The notes under the pieces: model-generated
What the model was told of the DNA's origin: nothing
What the model saw: the letters and a program-made list of their open reading frames with translations, nothing else
Database searches by the model: none
Program-made: the position numbers and the translations under genes
Shown: one piece after another, positions 1 to 14,265 of the stretch
Layout: each line of letters begins with the position of its first letter
Position numbering within the stretch: the stretch's first letter is position 1
NCBI RefSeq assembly: GCF_006345805.1
Contig: NC_043000.1
Location: 95,232,001-95,296,000, forward strand
Length of the DNA: 64,000 nt
Direction: 5' to 3'
From: Octopus sinensis
Lineage: Eukaryota

Positions 1-710
1 GGTTTTAACATACAAGCATCTTTGAGGAATTTTTATGAGATAAAATATTACTGCTAGTGCCGCTAGCAGTGTGTTTCTACATTATGAATGTTATACACAC
101 CAGTATTTTAATCTACCCTGGCTATTTCGCACAAGTCAGTAAATATTTTATTTACCAGTTTCTATATTGAAACAGGCGTTTTTGGCTAAGCTCAGAATGT
201 CTAGATTATTCATCACTGAGGAGAGGAAATCAATTTGAAATACTGTGGTTAGTGATCCCCCAGTTTTCTGAACGAATCCCTGTGCTTTTAACGTATAAGT
301 ATCTTTGAGAAGTCTTTTTCTGAACAAAATATTACACCTAGTGGCGTTTTATATTTGTATACTCATTGTAAACTTTATACGCACCTGTATTTTAATCTAA
401 GGTTGTTTCAGATATGTATATTAATCTAATTCTAAGCTCCTTAACTTTCATACAAATCAGTAGATGTTTCCATTACTGATAGCTGTATCGGAAAAGGCAT
501 TTTCGGTGTAGTTCAAATCGTCCGAAATATTCATCAGTGATAAGGCTAAATCAGGTCGAAACACTGTAGCTGGCAATCCACCAGTTTTTTTAACGAATCC
601 TTATGTTTTTAACGCATAAGTTTCTTTGAGAAGCAAAATATTACAGTTAGTGCTATTGTATGTATATACATAATGAATGGTGGTATACACAGTGGTATTT
701 TTTAACTTGC
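1..710 (+). repeat. Diverged tandem repeat, about 285-320 bp unit, 2.3 copies visible (truncated by window start)
   Basis: The motif TTTTAACRYAYAAGYWTCTTTGAGRA recurs at about 3, 286 and 607. Downstream blocks also recur (AAAATATTAC, TATTTTAATCTA, TTCATCA..GAAA.ACTGT, CCAGTTTT..AACGAATCC). Confidence 0.8.
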
Positions 711-1264
711 GTATGTTAAAATAAAATATAACATTTCTAAGATAGTGAAGAATATTTAATATCTAAATGATTTCTTCGCAATCTTTGATAAGAAGTTACC
801 AGACAAATTCACTTAATAAACTTATCATAGTAATAATCCATTATCAAATAAATTATCCACATTTCATGGAAGCAATGCACTTGATATCGCTCGAAGAATG
901 CAAATACTTTAATTACGACTGCTGACGGGAAGCGTTGCGCTAACGACTAAGCCAATAATCTTCTTATGATGCTCCAGTGCCAATACCAATCCTAGCAGTA
1001 TCATTCTATATCTCATCCGATGTGAAGAATATGGAAATATTTGGCGAATATTCTTTAAATGGTGTCAAATGTTTCATTCAGGTAATTCAAATGTCGAAGA
1101 CTACATTTCAATATACATACGTGGAAATATTATTCTGATGAGTGTTCTTCTGTCACCGAAGACTAGGTATTTGGAGTTAGACTTGCAATTTTATGAACCG
1201 ATACAGGTTTTTAATTACTTTCGAATTACTCAGTAACATCAGCTGCGAAATATGTATGTCGTGT

Positions 1265-1515
1265 TCTTGAGTAAGACATTTTATTTCATGCTGTTCCAGT
1301 TCACCCAGCTGTAGAAATGACTTATGACGTCACTGCTGCCAAGCTGTATCTGCCTTTGCATTTCCCTTGGATAACATCTCTGGGGTGGGGAGAGGAGGCT
1401 TGTATGCATGGGCGACTACTGATCTTCCATAAACAACCTTGCCCGGACTTGTGCCTTGCAGGGGAACTTTTTAGGTGCGATCCCGTGGTCATTCATGACC
1501 GAAGGGGGTCATTGC
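1265..1515 (+). mobile_element. SINE family C copy (related copies at about 12895-12995 and 51725-51990)
   Basis: The block GGCGACTACTGATCYTCCATAAACAACCTTGCCCGGACTTGT and its flanks are shared with 51880-51990. The 51.7 kb copy has a tRNA-type B box (GAGTTCGATTCC). Confidence 0.7.
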
Positions 1516-1598
1516 GATTTTACTCTTATGCGTGCATGTAAGAATATATGTACGCGCATGTGTATGTGTGTGTTGCAGTTTAAACTTTATTATGAAAC

Positions 1599-1893
1599 CT
1601 AAGAAGCTTTCTCGAGATTTAGAAGCTTTCTCGAGGATTCCATGGCTGCTATCATTGCTGGCGTTATTGGTGATGATGATGTTGTTGATGGTGTTGTTGA
1701 AGACGTAATGGTATTGGTGGTAGTTGTCAGTGGTATTAGGAGTGTATCTATAATTGTGTTTACTACACAACTTCTAATGTCTGAGGGTGTAGATTTTGAT
1801 GGAATTTTTCTCATGCTTTTCATCATTGTCGTCTTGACAACATCTGCTGTTGATGCAATCTCGAACAAAAAACGATCAAGTAACTTGTGCTTC
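1599..1893 (-). CDS. Candidate terminal coding exon, Ser/Thr/Pro-rich tail, product unknown
   Basis: Open frame KHKLLDRFLFEIASTADVVKTTMMKSMRK...SSPITPAMIAAMESSRKLLNLEKAS*. A polypyrimidine tract (TTTTTTTCTTTTCTTTT) and an atypical GAG acceptor precede 1893. AATAAA lies 8 nt after the stop (1586-1591). No homology recognised. Confidence 0.35.
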
Positions 1894-2599
1894 CTCAAAA
1901 GAAAAGAAAAAAATTTTTAATTCCCATTCCCTACTCTACACCCTCAAAACTCTGTTCCACTTTTCAGGAATTATTTGTCGTAACTAAGTTTGACATAACA
2001 TTATACTTATCAGATATTATCAGCAGCTGATGTTCAAATATTATACTGAACTCATTTCCATAGACTTATGATTTCACAGTCATTACTATATTACTTGATT
2101 AAACCTATCAGTTTCTACAGATCTCTCTCCAGTGACTTATTTTGTTCAAAGATCTTTACGGGAATTTTTTTTTCGATCAGATAATAATGTACATACATAA
2201 ACGTTCTTATCTTTATTATTGTAGATACCGCTTTCTTCTGTAGTTTTCAAAGAATAAAATATTACTTTCTCATTGTTTTTATTATTAAGATCATTATTAT
2301 TATTATTATTATTAAATGCCGAATTGAAAACTGAATGACATTACGATGTTTTCCCTTTGACTAAACATGTTGCTCGATTTTCTAAGTTGGACCCTGCGTA
2401 TCGTGTTCTCCTCTCTGTTGCCTCATGGTCACGAAAGATGAGGTAAGTATTTCGCAGAGATGGGAACTGACTGAGACACGGTCCGGAAGGTTGCCCGAGA
2501 CAACCCGAGCAAATACCAATGAACGTTGGATTCAGCCTCGCACTGCAACAGCGCATGCCCCATGTTTGAACTAACCTGACCTGAATGTCAACAGCTGTA

Positions 2600-2820
2600 C
2601 CTCTAAGGTGAACTGGCAGAATGGTGAGGGCGTCAGACAAAATGCTTTGCGGCATTTCTTCCGGCTCTTTACCTTATGAGTTCAAATCCCGCCGAGGTCA
2701 ACTTTACCTTTCATCCTTTTAAGATCAATAGAATAACGTATCATTCAAGTACTAGAGTCGATTAAATTAACAAACACCGTCCCTGGCCTGTGTCAAAATT
2801 TGAAACAATTGCTTTTATTG
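2600..2820 (+). mobile_element. SINE family A copy (tRNA head plus MESC/Meta-like core); further copies near 11700-12085, 12280-12470, 25180-25540, 44790-45080, 45860-46070, 49360-49545
   Basis: Shared GAGTTCAAATYCCGCCGAGGTCRACTTTRCCTTTCATCCTT segment (B box plus core). The core assignment is from memory. Confidence 0.8.
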
Positions 2821-3363
2821 CTGCTTATTACGTAAAGGGCAGCCCCCACCAAACTTTGCAGACCCCTGTAGGGCAGTAGAAGCGTATGAGGGAAAAACCA
2901 TGGCACAGAGGTACTAGAGCAGAAAGCAACGTAAAGAGATATTGAGTCAATCTCATACTGGGACTCCAACAATAAAAACCTACAACATAAGGAACTCCGT
3001 TAAAGACAAAACCATGACTAGTTAATGGGGTTTGGCAGGGCCCCAGTTTAAGCCTACCACACCAAAACAAGTAGACTTTACTTTCTTTCATTCACGGGGG
3101 CAACAATATGAAACACTTTCCCAAGGCACTGGACTGCAACCATGCTGAAGTACCGCATCGGCCTCGATACTCGGTGTAAGCACAGTAAATCCGTCTTCAA
3201 CGAACACCAACAGTACCAACAGTAGTAGTAGTGGTGGTGGTGGTGGTGGTGGTGGTTTTGGTAGCAGCGCTGGTGGTGGTGGTGGTTCGGCAGAATAGTA
3301 GTAGCAACAGTAGCTGTAGCCGTTGTAGTAGTAGTAGTAGTTAGTAGTAGTAGTAGTAGTAGT

Positions 3364-3397
<34 letters not shown>

Positions 3398-5077
3398 TGC
3401 AGCTGCAGTAGTAGTGACAGTAGGAATTTTATATCAGATGTGGACAGATAGATGTTCGCATAAGCCATTAACCGTTACATCTCCAATGTTACATTTCTTG
3501 GATTCGTAATTGTTATTGTTGTATCTTGCTATCGCTGGTTCGTCTAAGAAATAAAACGAGAAAATAATATAATTATTATAGTTATTTGTTAAAACGGGGG
3601 AAGCAAAAATAAAAGACAAGGAAGACGTGAAAATTGCTCCATTCTATTTCATAATACGGTTATGCTAACGTACCAAGTGACTGATTGTGAAGTAATAATA
3701 CTAGCCGATAAACAGCTGTAATTATTCTTTTCCTTTCTTAGACAAAATATGATACTCTAATGTTGTATATATTATGATTATGTATGTCCTACGTTTCATG
3801 TGTACATAAATGCATATATGTATATATATATAATTAGATTTGGGGAATACGATGAGACTCATATTCTTCTTCATAAATGAGCCTATAACCGTTTATCAGA
3901 ATATTCTAGATACATAATACCCAATATAAGCGGGGTTATATGTGCGTGTGTATGCATGAACATGCATATATATATACAATCATATACGTGCACATGCAGA
4001 CATATGTGCATATATAATATATACATATACGTTCATACAGATCCATGTATGTCTATGTGTGTTTATTTTGTTGCTTTTGTCATTGTTGTTGCGCTGTTGC
4101 TGCTGCCATTTATTGCAGCGGGTACTGGTGGTACCGGTAACGATATCGGTATTACTGTCACTATCCTTTCTTTCGTTTGTGTTGCCATTTTTGTTAATGA
4201 TTACTTTGTCGTTACTTCAGCTACCACTGCTGTTGCTGTTGGCGGCGGCGATGGGGGTTAGTGGTACTGGCTGTGGTGGTAGCAGTGGTGGTGGGGGTGG
4301 GGTGGTATGGTGGTGATGGTGGTGGTGGTGGTGGTGATGGTTATGGTGGTGGTGGTACCACTTTGACTTAAGATGAGGGAAGCAGTGTCAAAAACTATTC
4401 TTCCAAACAGTGCTTACATCCTCTTGATATTCTGCCGAATATTTCGGCGGCCATTTTGGTATAGTGGTTAGTACGGCTCGACTGCATACAAAAAGCGCGT
4501 TGTTCAAACCTGCTAGCTATATTATGACATTGCTTTAAATGGTAGTATCCCATCATGGCCACAGTCTTTGGGTTGGAACACATAAACGAATAAAGGAATG
4601 TATAAAAAAAATACTCATAGATAAGAAATACAGGTGTCGCAAATGCCATACAACAAATTCTCGCTTCATTACTATCATATACACATGTGCACTCGTATCA
4701 ATGTGTGTGTGTGTGTGGTGTGTGTGTGTGTGTGTGTGAAATGACTGACTATAAGGAATAAACGAGGGATTATCCAATCATTACTTGAATTGAAGATAGT
4801 TCGCGTCTAAATTAACGTAGAACTCCACATCATACAACACAAAGAAAATCAACATAAAACTTTAAACAATTAAATCAAAAGATATCAAATTGAAAACCCT
4901 AAAGAAACTGCACCGGCATTATAGTAAGGTTGCATTTGCAACAGCTAATAATCGATGCAGTAGAAACATATGTAGGTCTGTTTGATGCTGTATACATGTG
5001 TGTGTGTGTGTGTTTGCGTGTATCAAGGAATTAAAGGTAATGCTAATGCTACTTCATAAATGTTATTATTATTATTG

Positions 5078-5166
<89 letters not shown>

Positions 5167-5183
5167 ATGTATGTATACCCACA

Positions 5184-5757
5184 CGAGCTGAATAGCCCAT
5201 CGTCGCGGAGGAATTTTTGCAATAAAATGTCTTATATAAATTTTTGTTTATTCCATGACAGACAATGCCTTCCCCGACAAATAAACCACTTGATCAGGAC
5301 AGATTTGTGTAATTTTTTGCAATAAAACTTCGTTAAGGATTTTTTTAGTTCCTTTTTAAATTATTTACATGACTTTAGTCATTAAAACTTATTAAAACTT
5401 CAGAAGTTCTTACAACTTTGATGGTAGTAATGCTTTGCCTTCGTTTGTTTGATAAAAATTCCTCCTTCTAATGAGTTTGTTTTCATTTTGTGATAGACTG
5501 CTATCATGAAGAAAATGCCAACTTCCAAACCCTGTTTCCTGATCGGGCAAAAATGATTAAACTTTCTGCAAATTTTCTGGAACAAGTAAATAACAAATTC
5601 GGATTTTACGTAGAAAATACCAAATCTCACAATATGTGACAGCAGCAGGGAAAACCCTACAAAAGTGGAGAGACACACAGTTATAGGTCGTGACACATAT
5701 ACAAACACACACACACATTCACCGCACACACAGGTAATCACGAGTCATGTATAGTAG

Positions 5758-5758
<1 letters not shown>
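5184..5758 (-). mobile_element. Non-autonomous Helitron (degenerate 3' end)
   Basis: On the minus strand it begins A|TCTACTATACATG, like the 14.3-15.6 kb element, with an internal (GT)n near the 5' end. It ends ...GGGCTATTCAGCTCG|T (CTAG mutated to CTCG) next to a (TA)n tract. Confidence 0.55.
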
Positions 5759-5790
<32 letters not shown>

Positions 5791-6025
5791 TGTATGTATT
5801 ATGTATGTATGTATGTATGTATGTATATATGTATGTATGTATGTATGTATGTAAGTGGGTAGGTAGGTAGATATATATATATATGTGTGCGAGTGTTTCC
5901 TTGCGATGGACAGCAGTAAAACAATTTAGCCCCTCTTTCCTTAAAGCTATGTATTCCTCACACCCACCTTTTCCCCTTCCTGAGTGTTTTGAAAGTTACT
6001 TATGTGCATGTGTGAGTGTGCATGC

Positions 6026-6058
<33 letters not shown>

Positions 6059-6311
6059 TTTACGAAAGTATGTATGCTGCGTTGAGTGTGTATGACAGCT
6101 GTATTAACGTTACATCCCATTGCCACTCCATATTTGTCGCTTAGACAACGCTCTTCTTCCCTAACCTGCTATCAGTAACCTTCACTCTGTCACCATATTT
6201 CCTTCATACTACTACTCTTTGCTGCCTTCTCATTTTATCCTATAATTCGCCCTACCCCAAAGGGTATTATAGATCTTTATAGATCTTTATTGAAATCCAA
6301 TTAGCCTATTA

Positions 6312-8324
6312 CACAATGTAACACATGTTTTGTTTATTTGTATTTTTTAATGTTGATATATGCATTTTTGCCACTAAATTCAAAAATCACATTCGTTTTG
6401 ACGTAACATCGATAGTTATTTATATATTCCTAATTTCATATTTGCTCGTTATATTTGTAACTTTTCTCTACAGCACTTTGTTGGTTCAATCTATTTTAGT
6501 ATTTTAAGGATAATTACACAGCATTTAGTACTTTTTTCATATATTGAAAGGTATTTAGGAAGTATAATATTAATTAGAATAAAAAGAAACAATAAACTCT
6601 GAACTGTAAATGCTTTGATAACTCTTTTCTTAAGATGAGAAGTGCTTTGACGATCGAGATTTTCTGGAGTGTATACCTTCATCTCTTCTGACTAGAGACC
6701 ATATACAATCGCCCATCATAGCAGTATCCCATCGTCCTTGGTATCTTTTTTGCATAGTTGCAATGTCCTGATGAAACCTCTCATCATGATCCTCACTGAC
6801 AACACCCAAGTTTTTCGGGGGGGGGGGGATCTAGGTGAGAGTGCAAAAAATGAACCTTTAAGGACATACAACAACCCATTTCCTTGAAGTTTTCAATAAG
6901 CTTTACTACCAGCTGTTTGTAATTAGTATCCTTGTGATTTCCTAGGAATACACGAACTACATTACGAAATGCACACCAAGCTTCTTTTTCAACTTTTGTC
7001 ATCGCTCTTTCCAGTTTCTTCGACTTTAACATTGCATTTACTTGGGGCTCAACAAATATGCCACCCTTGATCTTTGGAAACATAAGACAAATTTCTTGAA
7101 AAGCTTTTCCTCTAAAACTTAAGACCTTCACAATCTGATTTTAACAATCCGAGTTTGATATGAAATGGAGGTAATAAGATTTTGTTGGAAGCTACTAGAG
7201 GCTGTTTGAGAACATTTAACATTCCTGGCTGCAGTTTCACTTGTGGGGTCCAATGTACTCTCTTGTAATGATTATCATCAGCTCTGCTCTCCCATAAGCA
7301 AAAGAAACATGAATACTTTGTGTATCCCCCTTGCAAGCCAAGCAAAAAGGTAAGCATCTTGGAATCACTACAAACATCCAACTTGAACTCAGCGTAATTT
7401 ATTTTTTTCTGTATGGAGTGTAACATTTTCATAGTAAATTTCAAATTTTTCATGGCGTTTCCGGTACACAGATATCTTGCAGTCTTCCCCCAGTAGATTC
7501 CATCCCTTCAACCTTGATGAAAGAAGTTCAGCTCTTGACCCAGTAAGATCCAGATCCCTGATTAAATCATCTAGCTGATTTGGAAAGTGAGGCTCCGAAG
7601 ACGTTCTTGGTACGAAAACTTCCTCCATTTCTTGGCTGCTGCTACTTATTGACTCTTCAGATGAAATATTTTCTAGTGGTTGTGGTACTCGTAAACTGTC
7701 ATTATGTGGGACAGGTGCTTTAGATGATGGTATGTCTGGATACTGAAGAGCTTGTCTTCCTTTCACTTTTCTGTACTTTGTCACATCGATCATACAAAAG
7801 TAACAGTCATCGTGATGGTTCTTTGGTTCTCACCATACCCTTGGAATGGCAAAAGCATTGACCTTCCTGTACCTCTTAACCATCCTTCTAGAGTAGATCG
7901 ACAGCTTCCACATATCACATATGGGGTCCATGGTTTGTCCTGGTCACCTATGAGCATTCCGAAATAGAGTCTGTACACTATCCACAATTAGGCAAATTTC
8001 ACGATCTTATGTAATACCTGTTTTTTTCCAATATAATAACCACACGCATAGCAAAATGTATCTGGAGAATTTTTACATACTGTAGTAGCCGTCCTGAAAG
8101 TAGCAGAACTTAGTAATTGGTCTCAAAGAGAAAATTAGACATACATTTAGTAGCGGAACATTAAAACAATACCAAATATATAATAACATTGAAAGTCAAC
8201 ATAATTTTTAACTGATGATACACAAAAAATAATTTCATTTTTGGAATCAGCAGAAAAAATGGATTGATAAACAATAGAAAAATACAATAAACCATTTTTT
8301 TTTTGCGTAGGAACAATTGCAGTG
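6312..8324 (-). mobile_element. Decayed Chapaev3-like (CMC superfamily) DNA transposon; transposase pseudogene about 8090 to 6630
   Basis: Fragmented minus-strand frames give CKNSPDTFCYACG, GDQDKPWTPYVICGSC, DSKMLTFLLGLQGGYTKYSCFFCLW, HIKLGLLK, KGGIFVEPQV, MSLKVHFLHSHLD and DERFHQDIATMQKRYQGRW. CAC...GTG termini with imperfect subterminal inverted repeats at 6312-6380 and 8230-8324. Confidence 0.8.
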
Positions 8325-8527
8325 ATTGAAAATAAATGTCTAACAGTACTCCTTGTTGACTCCAAAATTTTTCAGTTATCCATTCACACACAATACAAGC
8401 CAAAAATGGAAGTACGTATAATATTACTACTGGATAGCACAGGCCGAAATCTAAAGGTGGGCGAGCTTTGTACTGTACTCTACTACGTTCTTAACAGAAT
8501 GTACCATAACTATATATATACATATAT

Positions 8528-8696
8528 AGTAAGAGTGGCTGTGTGGCAAGTATCTTGCTTACCAACCACATTGTTCCTGCTTCAGTCCCACTGCGTGGGC
8601 AAGTGTCTTATAGTATAGCCTCAGGCTGAACAAATCCTTGTGAGTGGATTTGGTAGACGGAAACTGAAAGAAGCCCGTCGTATGTGTGTGTGTGTG

Positions 8697-8729
<33 letters not shown>

Positions 8730-8945
8730 TGTGTGTGTGCGTCTGTTTGTCTCCCCTTTCATCATCACCTGACAACCGATGCTGATGAGTTTACGTCCCC
8801 GTAACGTAGCGGTTCAGCATAATAGACCGATAGAATAAATACTAGGCTTACAAAGAATAAGTCCTGGAGTCGATTTGCTCGACCAAACGCGGTGCTCTAG
8901 CTTCATCTCAGTCAAATGACTGAAACAAATAAAAGAAAAGAAAGA
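8528..8945 (+). mobile_element. SINE family B (tRNA head, CORE-like segment, internal microsatellite, conserved 3' half); other copies at about 8955-9110, 10740-10930, 17430-17640(-), 18530-18973(-), 28520-28960, 41330-41760(-), 50995-51340, 53750-54167(-), 60040-60180, 60785-61180
   Basis: Head GTGGCTGTGTGG..GTTCAGTCCC, CORE-like TTGGGCAAGTGTCTT, an internal (GT)/(TA) run, and a 3' half CTTGACAACCGATG...GCTCCAGCATGGCCGCAGTC. It resembles the octopus OR1/OR2 CORE-SINEs (from memory). Confidence 0.85.
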
Positions 8946-9110
8946 ATATATATACATATATAGTAGCTTGCGTACCAACCACATCAACCACATGGTTCCG
9001 GGATCAGTCCCACAGCATGGTACCTTGGGCAAGTGTCTTCTACTATAGCCTCGGGCCGACAAAAGCTTTGCGAGTGGCTATTGTAGACAGAAACTGAAAG
9101 AAGCCCGTTG

Positions 9111-9142
<32 letters not shown>

Positions 9143-9164
9143 ATTATATATATATATATATAAT

Positions 9165-10711
<1,547 letters not shown>

Positions 10712-11002
10712 GTATACACGCATATATGTATGTATGTATGTTCGTGTGTCTGTGTTTGTCGACCCACCATCGCTTGACAACCGTTGCTAGTCCCCTTAAC
10801 TTAGCGGTTCGGCAAAGAGGCCGATAGAATAAATACTAGGCCTACAAAACATAAGTTCTGGGGTCGATTTGTTCGACTAAATGCGGTGCTCCAGCATGAC
10901 CACAGTCAAAAGACTGGAACACCTCAAAGAATAAAAGAATATGTATGTACGTGTGTATGTATATATCTATGTATGTACTCCAAGAGTGAAGGATCGTAAG
11001 TT

Positions 11003-11004
<2 letters not shown>

Positions 11005-11090
<86 letters not shown>
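11005..11090 (+). repeat. (GATA)n microsatellite; others at about 20507-20608, 36970-37090, 62820-62898
   Basis: Direct reading of the sequence. Confidence 0.98.
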
Positions 11091-11092
<2 letters not shown>

Positions 11093-12093
11093 CACACTTG
11101 CACACGCACAGACACAGTCACACACACACACTTAACACACGCACATTCAGAACGAAAGAGATAAAGACCCAATATTTACGCGCATACATATTTCTGTGAG
11201 AATGTCTTCTTAAAATAAGTGCGTGTGTAGCTAGTATTTTCATCTATCTTATTCTCGTTGGTAATTGAAAAATCACGTTACTTAGAACGCTGTTTTGTTA
11301 ATGTCCATACCTCAAGAAATTTCAATCAAAGTTTGCACCTGGACAATTTCATTTTGCTCACATATGTCGCTGTTGCTACTGGTAGTGATGATGATGATGA
11401 TATCGTTGTTATTGCTGTTATTGTTGTTGTTGTTGTTGTTGTTGTTTCGGTAGCCCCGGGTCAGTGCTCGTCAAGCAGATTTAGGATCAAAGATGTGTCA
11501 GCTGTGACAATCCCGTCGGTTTTTATAATTATTATTATTATTATTACTTACTATTATTATTATTGTTGTTGTTGTTGTTGTTGTTATTGTCGTCGTTATC
11601 ATCATCATCGTCTTCCTTAATAGCAATTGTGTTGTTGATACTGCGATTCTTGTTGTTGTAGCTGTTGATGTTATTCATGTTGCTGTTCTTATTTTTGGTG
11701 GTGAGCTGGCAGAATTGTCACCGTGCCAGACAAAATGCTTAGTTGCATTACGTTCTGAGTTCAAATTCCACCGTCGTCAACTTTGGCTTTCATCCTTTTG
11801 GGTTCTATGGAATAAAGTACAAAATGAGTGCAGGGGTCGGCGTAGTCGACTCGCCTCCTCCTCAATAAAATTTCAGGCGTTGTCTATTGTAAAAAGGATG
11901 ATGATTATTATTATAAAAGAAACCATTATTATTATTATTATTCCATCTTCAGGCTTTTAGTTCAAATTCCACCGAGGTCGACTTCGCCTTTCATCCTTCC
12001 AGGGTCGATAAAATAAGTACCAGTTGAGTGCTTGGGTCAATGCAATCGACTTACCCACATCTCGAAATTGCTGGCCTTGTGGCAAAATTTGAA

Positions 12094-12162
<69 letters not shown>

Positions 12163-14217
12163 TATTATTATTATTATTTTCGCCGTCGTCATCATCATCA
12201 TACCCATCCTTCCACAAGAATGAAGTTGTCCCTCTCACTTCCCTCTTTTATCTCACGTGGTCTTACTCAACATTGACACTGTGAACGTTCATAGCAAAAT
12301 CGTTAGAGCATCGAACAAATAGCCGAGCGTTATTTCATCCGACTCTTTACGTTCTAAGTTCTAAGTTCCAAAGCTGATAAAATATAGTACCAATCAAGTA
12401 CTGAGAACGATGGAATTGCCAAATCTCTCAAACCCTCTAAACTGTTAGCCTTATGCCAAAATTAGAAAGAACTATTGTCGTCGTTGTTGCTATTTTCATC
12501 GTCAACTGTAATGAAACTAGAACTACATTTTCGTATGTGCCCTTGCTTTTATTTTCAAAATAGTGAAGCTTTGTGATTCGAAATGTGTATTAGTTGTGTT
12601 ACTAACATTTCATACACCAACATAGGAGTGTTTCACATTGATTCCTTGGTAATGATAACTTTGTAATTGTCGTCGTCGTCGTTGTTGTTGTTTTTGTTGT
12701 TTAATCTTTGGTGGGATCTTTAAAGTATCCGATAGAATGTTTTGTGTCAGTGGTTCTGGTTCTCTGTAATTCGACTTCAAATATCGCCGTTGCCTTTCAA
12801 GGGATGAAAGTTAACGGAATTGCTAGAGATTCGTATGGAACACTTTTCAGTGTCTGTTACCGGTCTTTGTGTTCTGATGATAACGCCTGACATGGCACTC
12901 ACTGGTGCCAGTTTGTATTGGGTCTTGCCTTTCCTTAGGACAACGTTGGTGGGGTGAGGAGAGAGAAGGTTTACCTACATGGGTGACACCTGGGCTTTCT
13001 TGAATAAAGAAATATCTTGGATAGGTTTGCATGTGTGAGAGGAAGTCTCCAGATATAAATCCATACGTAAGATACGGGAAAACGATTAGTTACAGATCTG
13101 CCCTGATGAAGCAAATCTATAATCAATGTTATGTCAGCCATTTTCGACTCAGTTTTTCAAAGTTAGAACATCTTGCACAGCTTCATCCAAAGAATTTTCC
13201 CATTTTAAAACTGCCGAATGTGATTCAAAGGAGAATTAGCTGCAGATTCTTGCAACTCGAGTGACGCCATAGAGACCCCTAGTAGATGGTTGTTGTTGTT
13301 CTTGTTGCTGTTCTTGTTCTTGTTGTTTAACCCCAGGTCGGCTCTGATCAAGCAGACACGTGATCCAATACGTGTAATTCATGATCATCCAGCCGTATAT
13401 CTTTTAGATATAGTGTAACTATGGCTGACATTATCTAATGTGTTCTGAATGGTAGATTATTATTATGGCAGTATGGTGTTATTCGAGGGTACATTGGCTG
13501 CTGTTTCTAGCGGATCGAGTGACCACATAGTGGTTCAATATTTAGTTCGTTTCATCTCTCTCCGAAATTTCATGAGTTTTATTTTATTTTTTTTAAGAGT
13601 TTTAAATATCAATAGAATTTAGCAAACCATCGACTTAGAATGTTCTCTACTTCACGATTTTCATTCTTTCTTCTAGTCTGCCTTTTTTTCCTTCCATTCT
13701 TTTTCTTTTGTCATAAAATCGTCAGTTCTTAAAGAGCTATCGAAACATTAATAATGTAAAATCTCTAATTTGCTTTTTTATTCAGCGAGAGATTCTGTTG
13801 TTTTTCATTTTCTAGTTTGTTTTTTTTATTATTATTTTATATATTTATTTATTTATTTTGTGGTTAGGTGGAGGATGGTCAAGATGTGGTCCGGAAAAAG
13901 AAAGACAAATTCGTAAATGTGAAAATGTTGAAGAGAGGAAACAGGAAGGACGTACTACAAAGGGGAGGTCTGGAGAGGGAGGAATGCGAGATTAGAAGAC
14001 AGCGACATCGATATCGACGTTGACATGACGAAAATAAAGATTACGGCGATGACGATATCATAAAGATATTATAAAAAAGCTGATAATAATAGGGTGGATT
14101 ACGCTCGTAATCATCATCATTAAAATCATCATCATCGTCATCATCATCATCATTGTCCTTATCATAAATGATGGAAGTGTCTGTATATATATCTTTAAAT
14201 ATATTTTATATTTTACC

Positions 14218-14264
<47 letters not shown>

Positions 14265-14265
<1 letters not shown>

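Noticed and set aside
1136-1175. CTGATGAG-containing hammerhead candidate
   Set aside because: GAAG replaces GAAA, and there is no pairable helix I or III.
2390-2450. Small plus-strand exon ending in a perfect GAG|GTAAGT donor
   Set aside because: The acceptor is weak, there is no partner exon, and a lone donor consensus is expected by chance in 64 kb.
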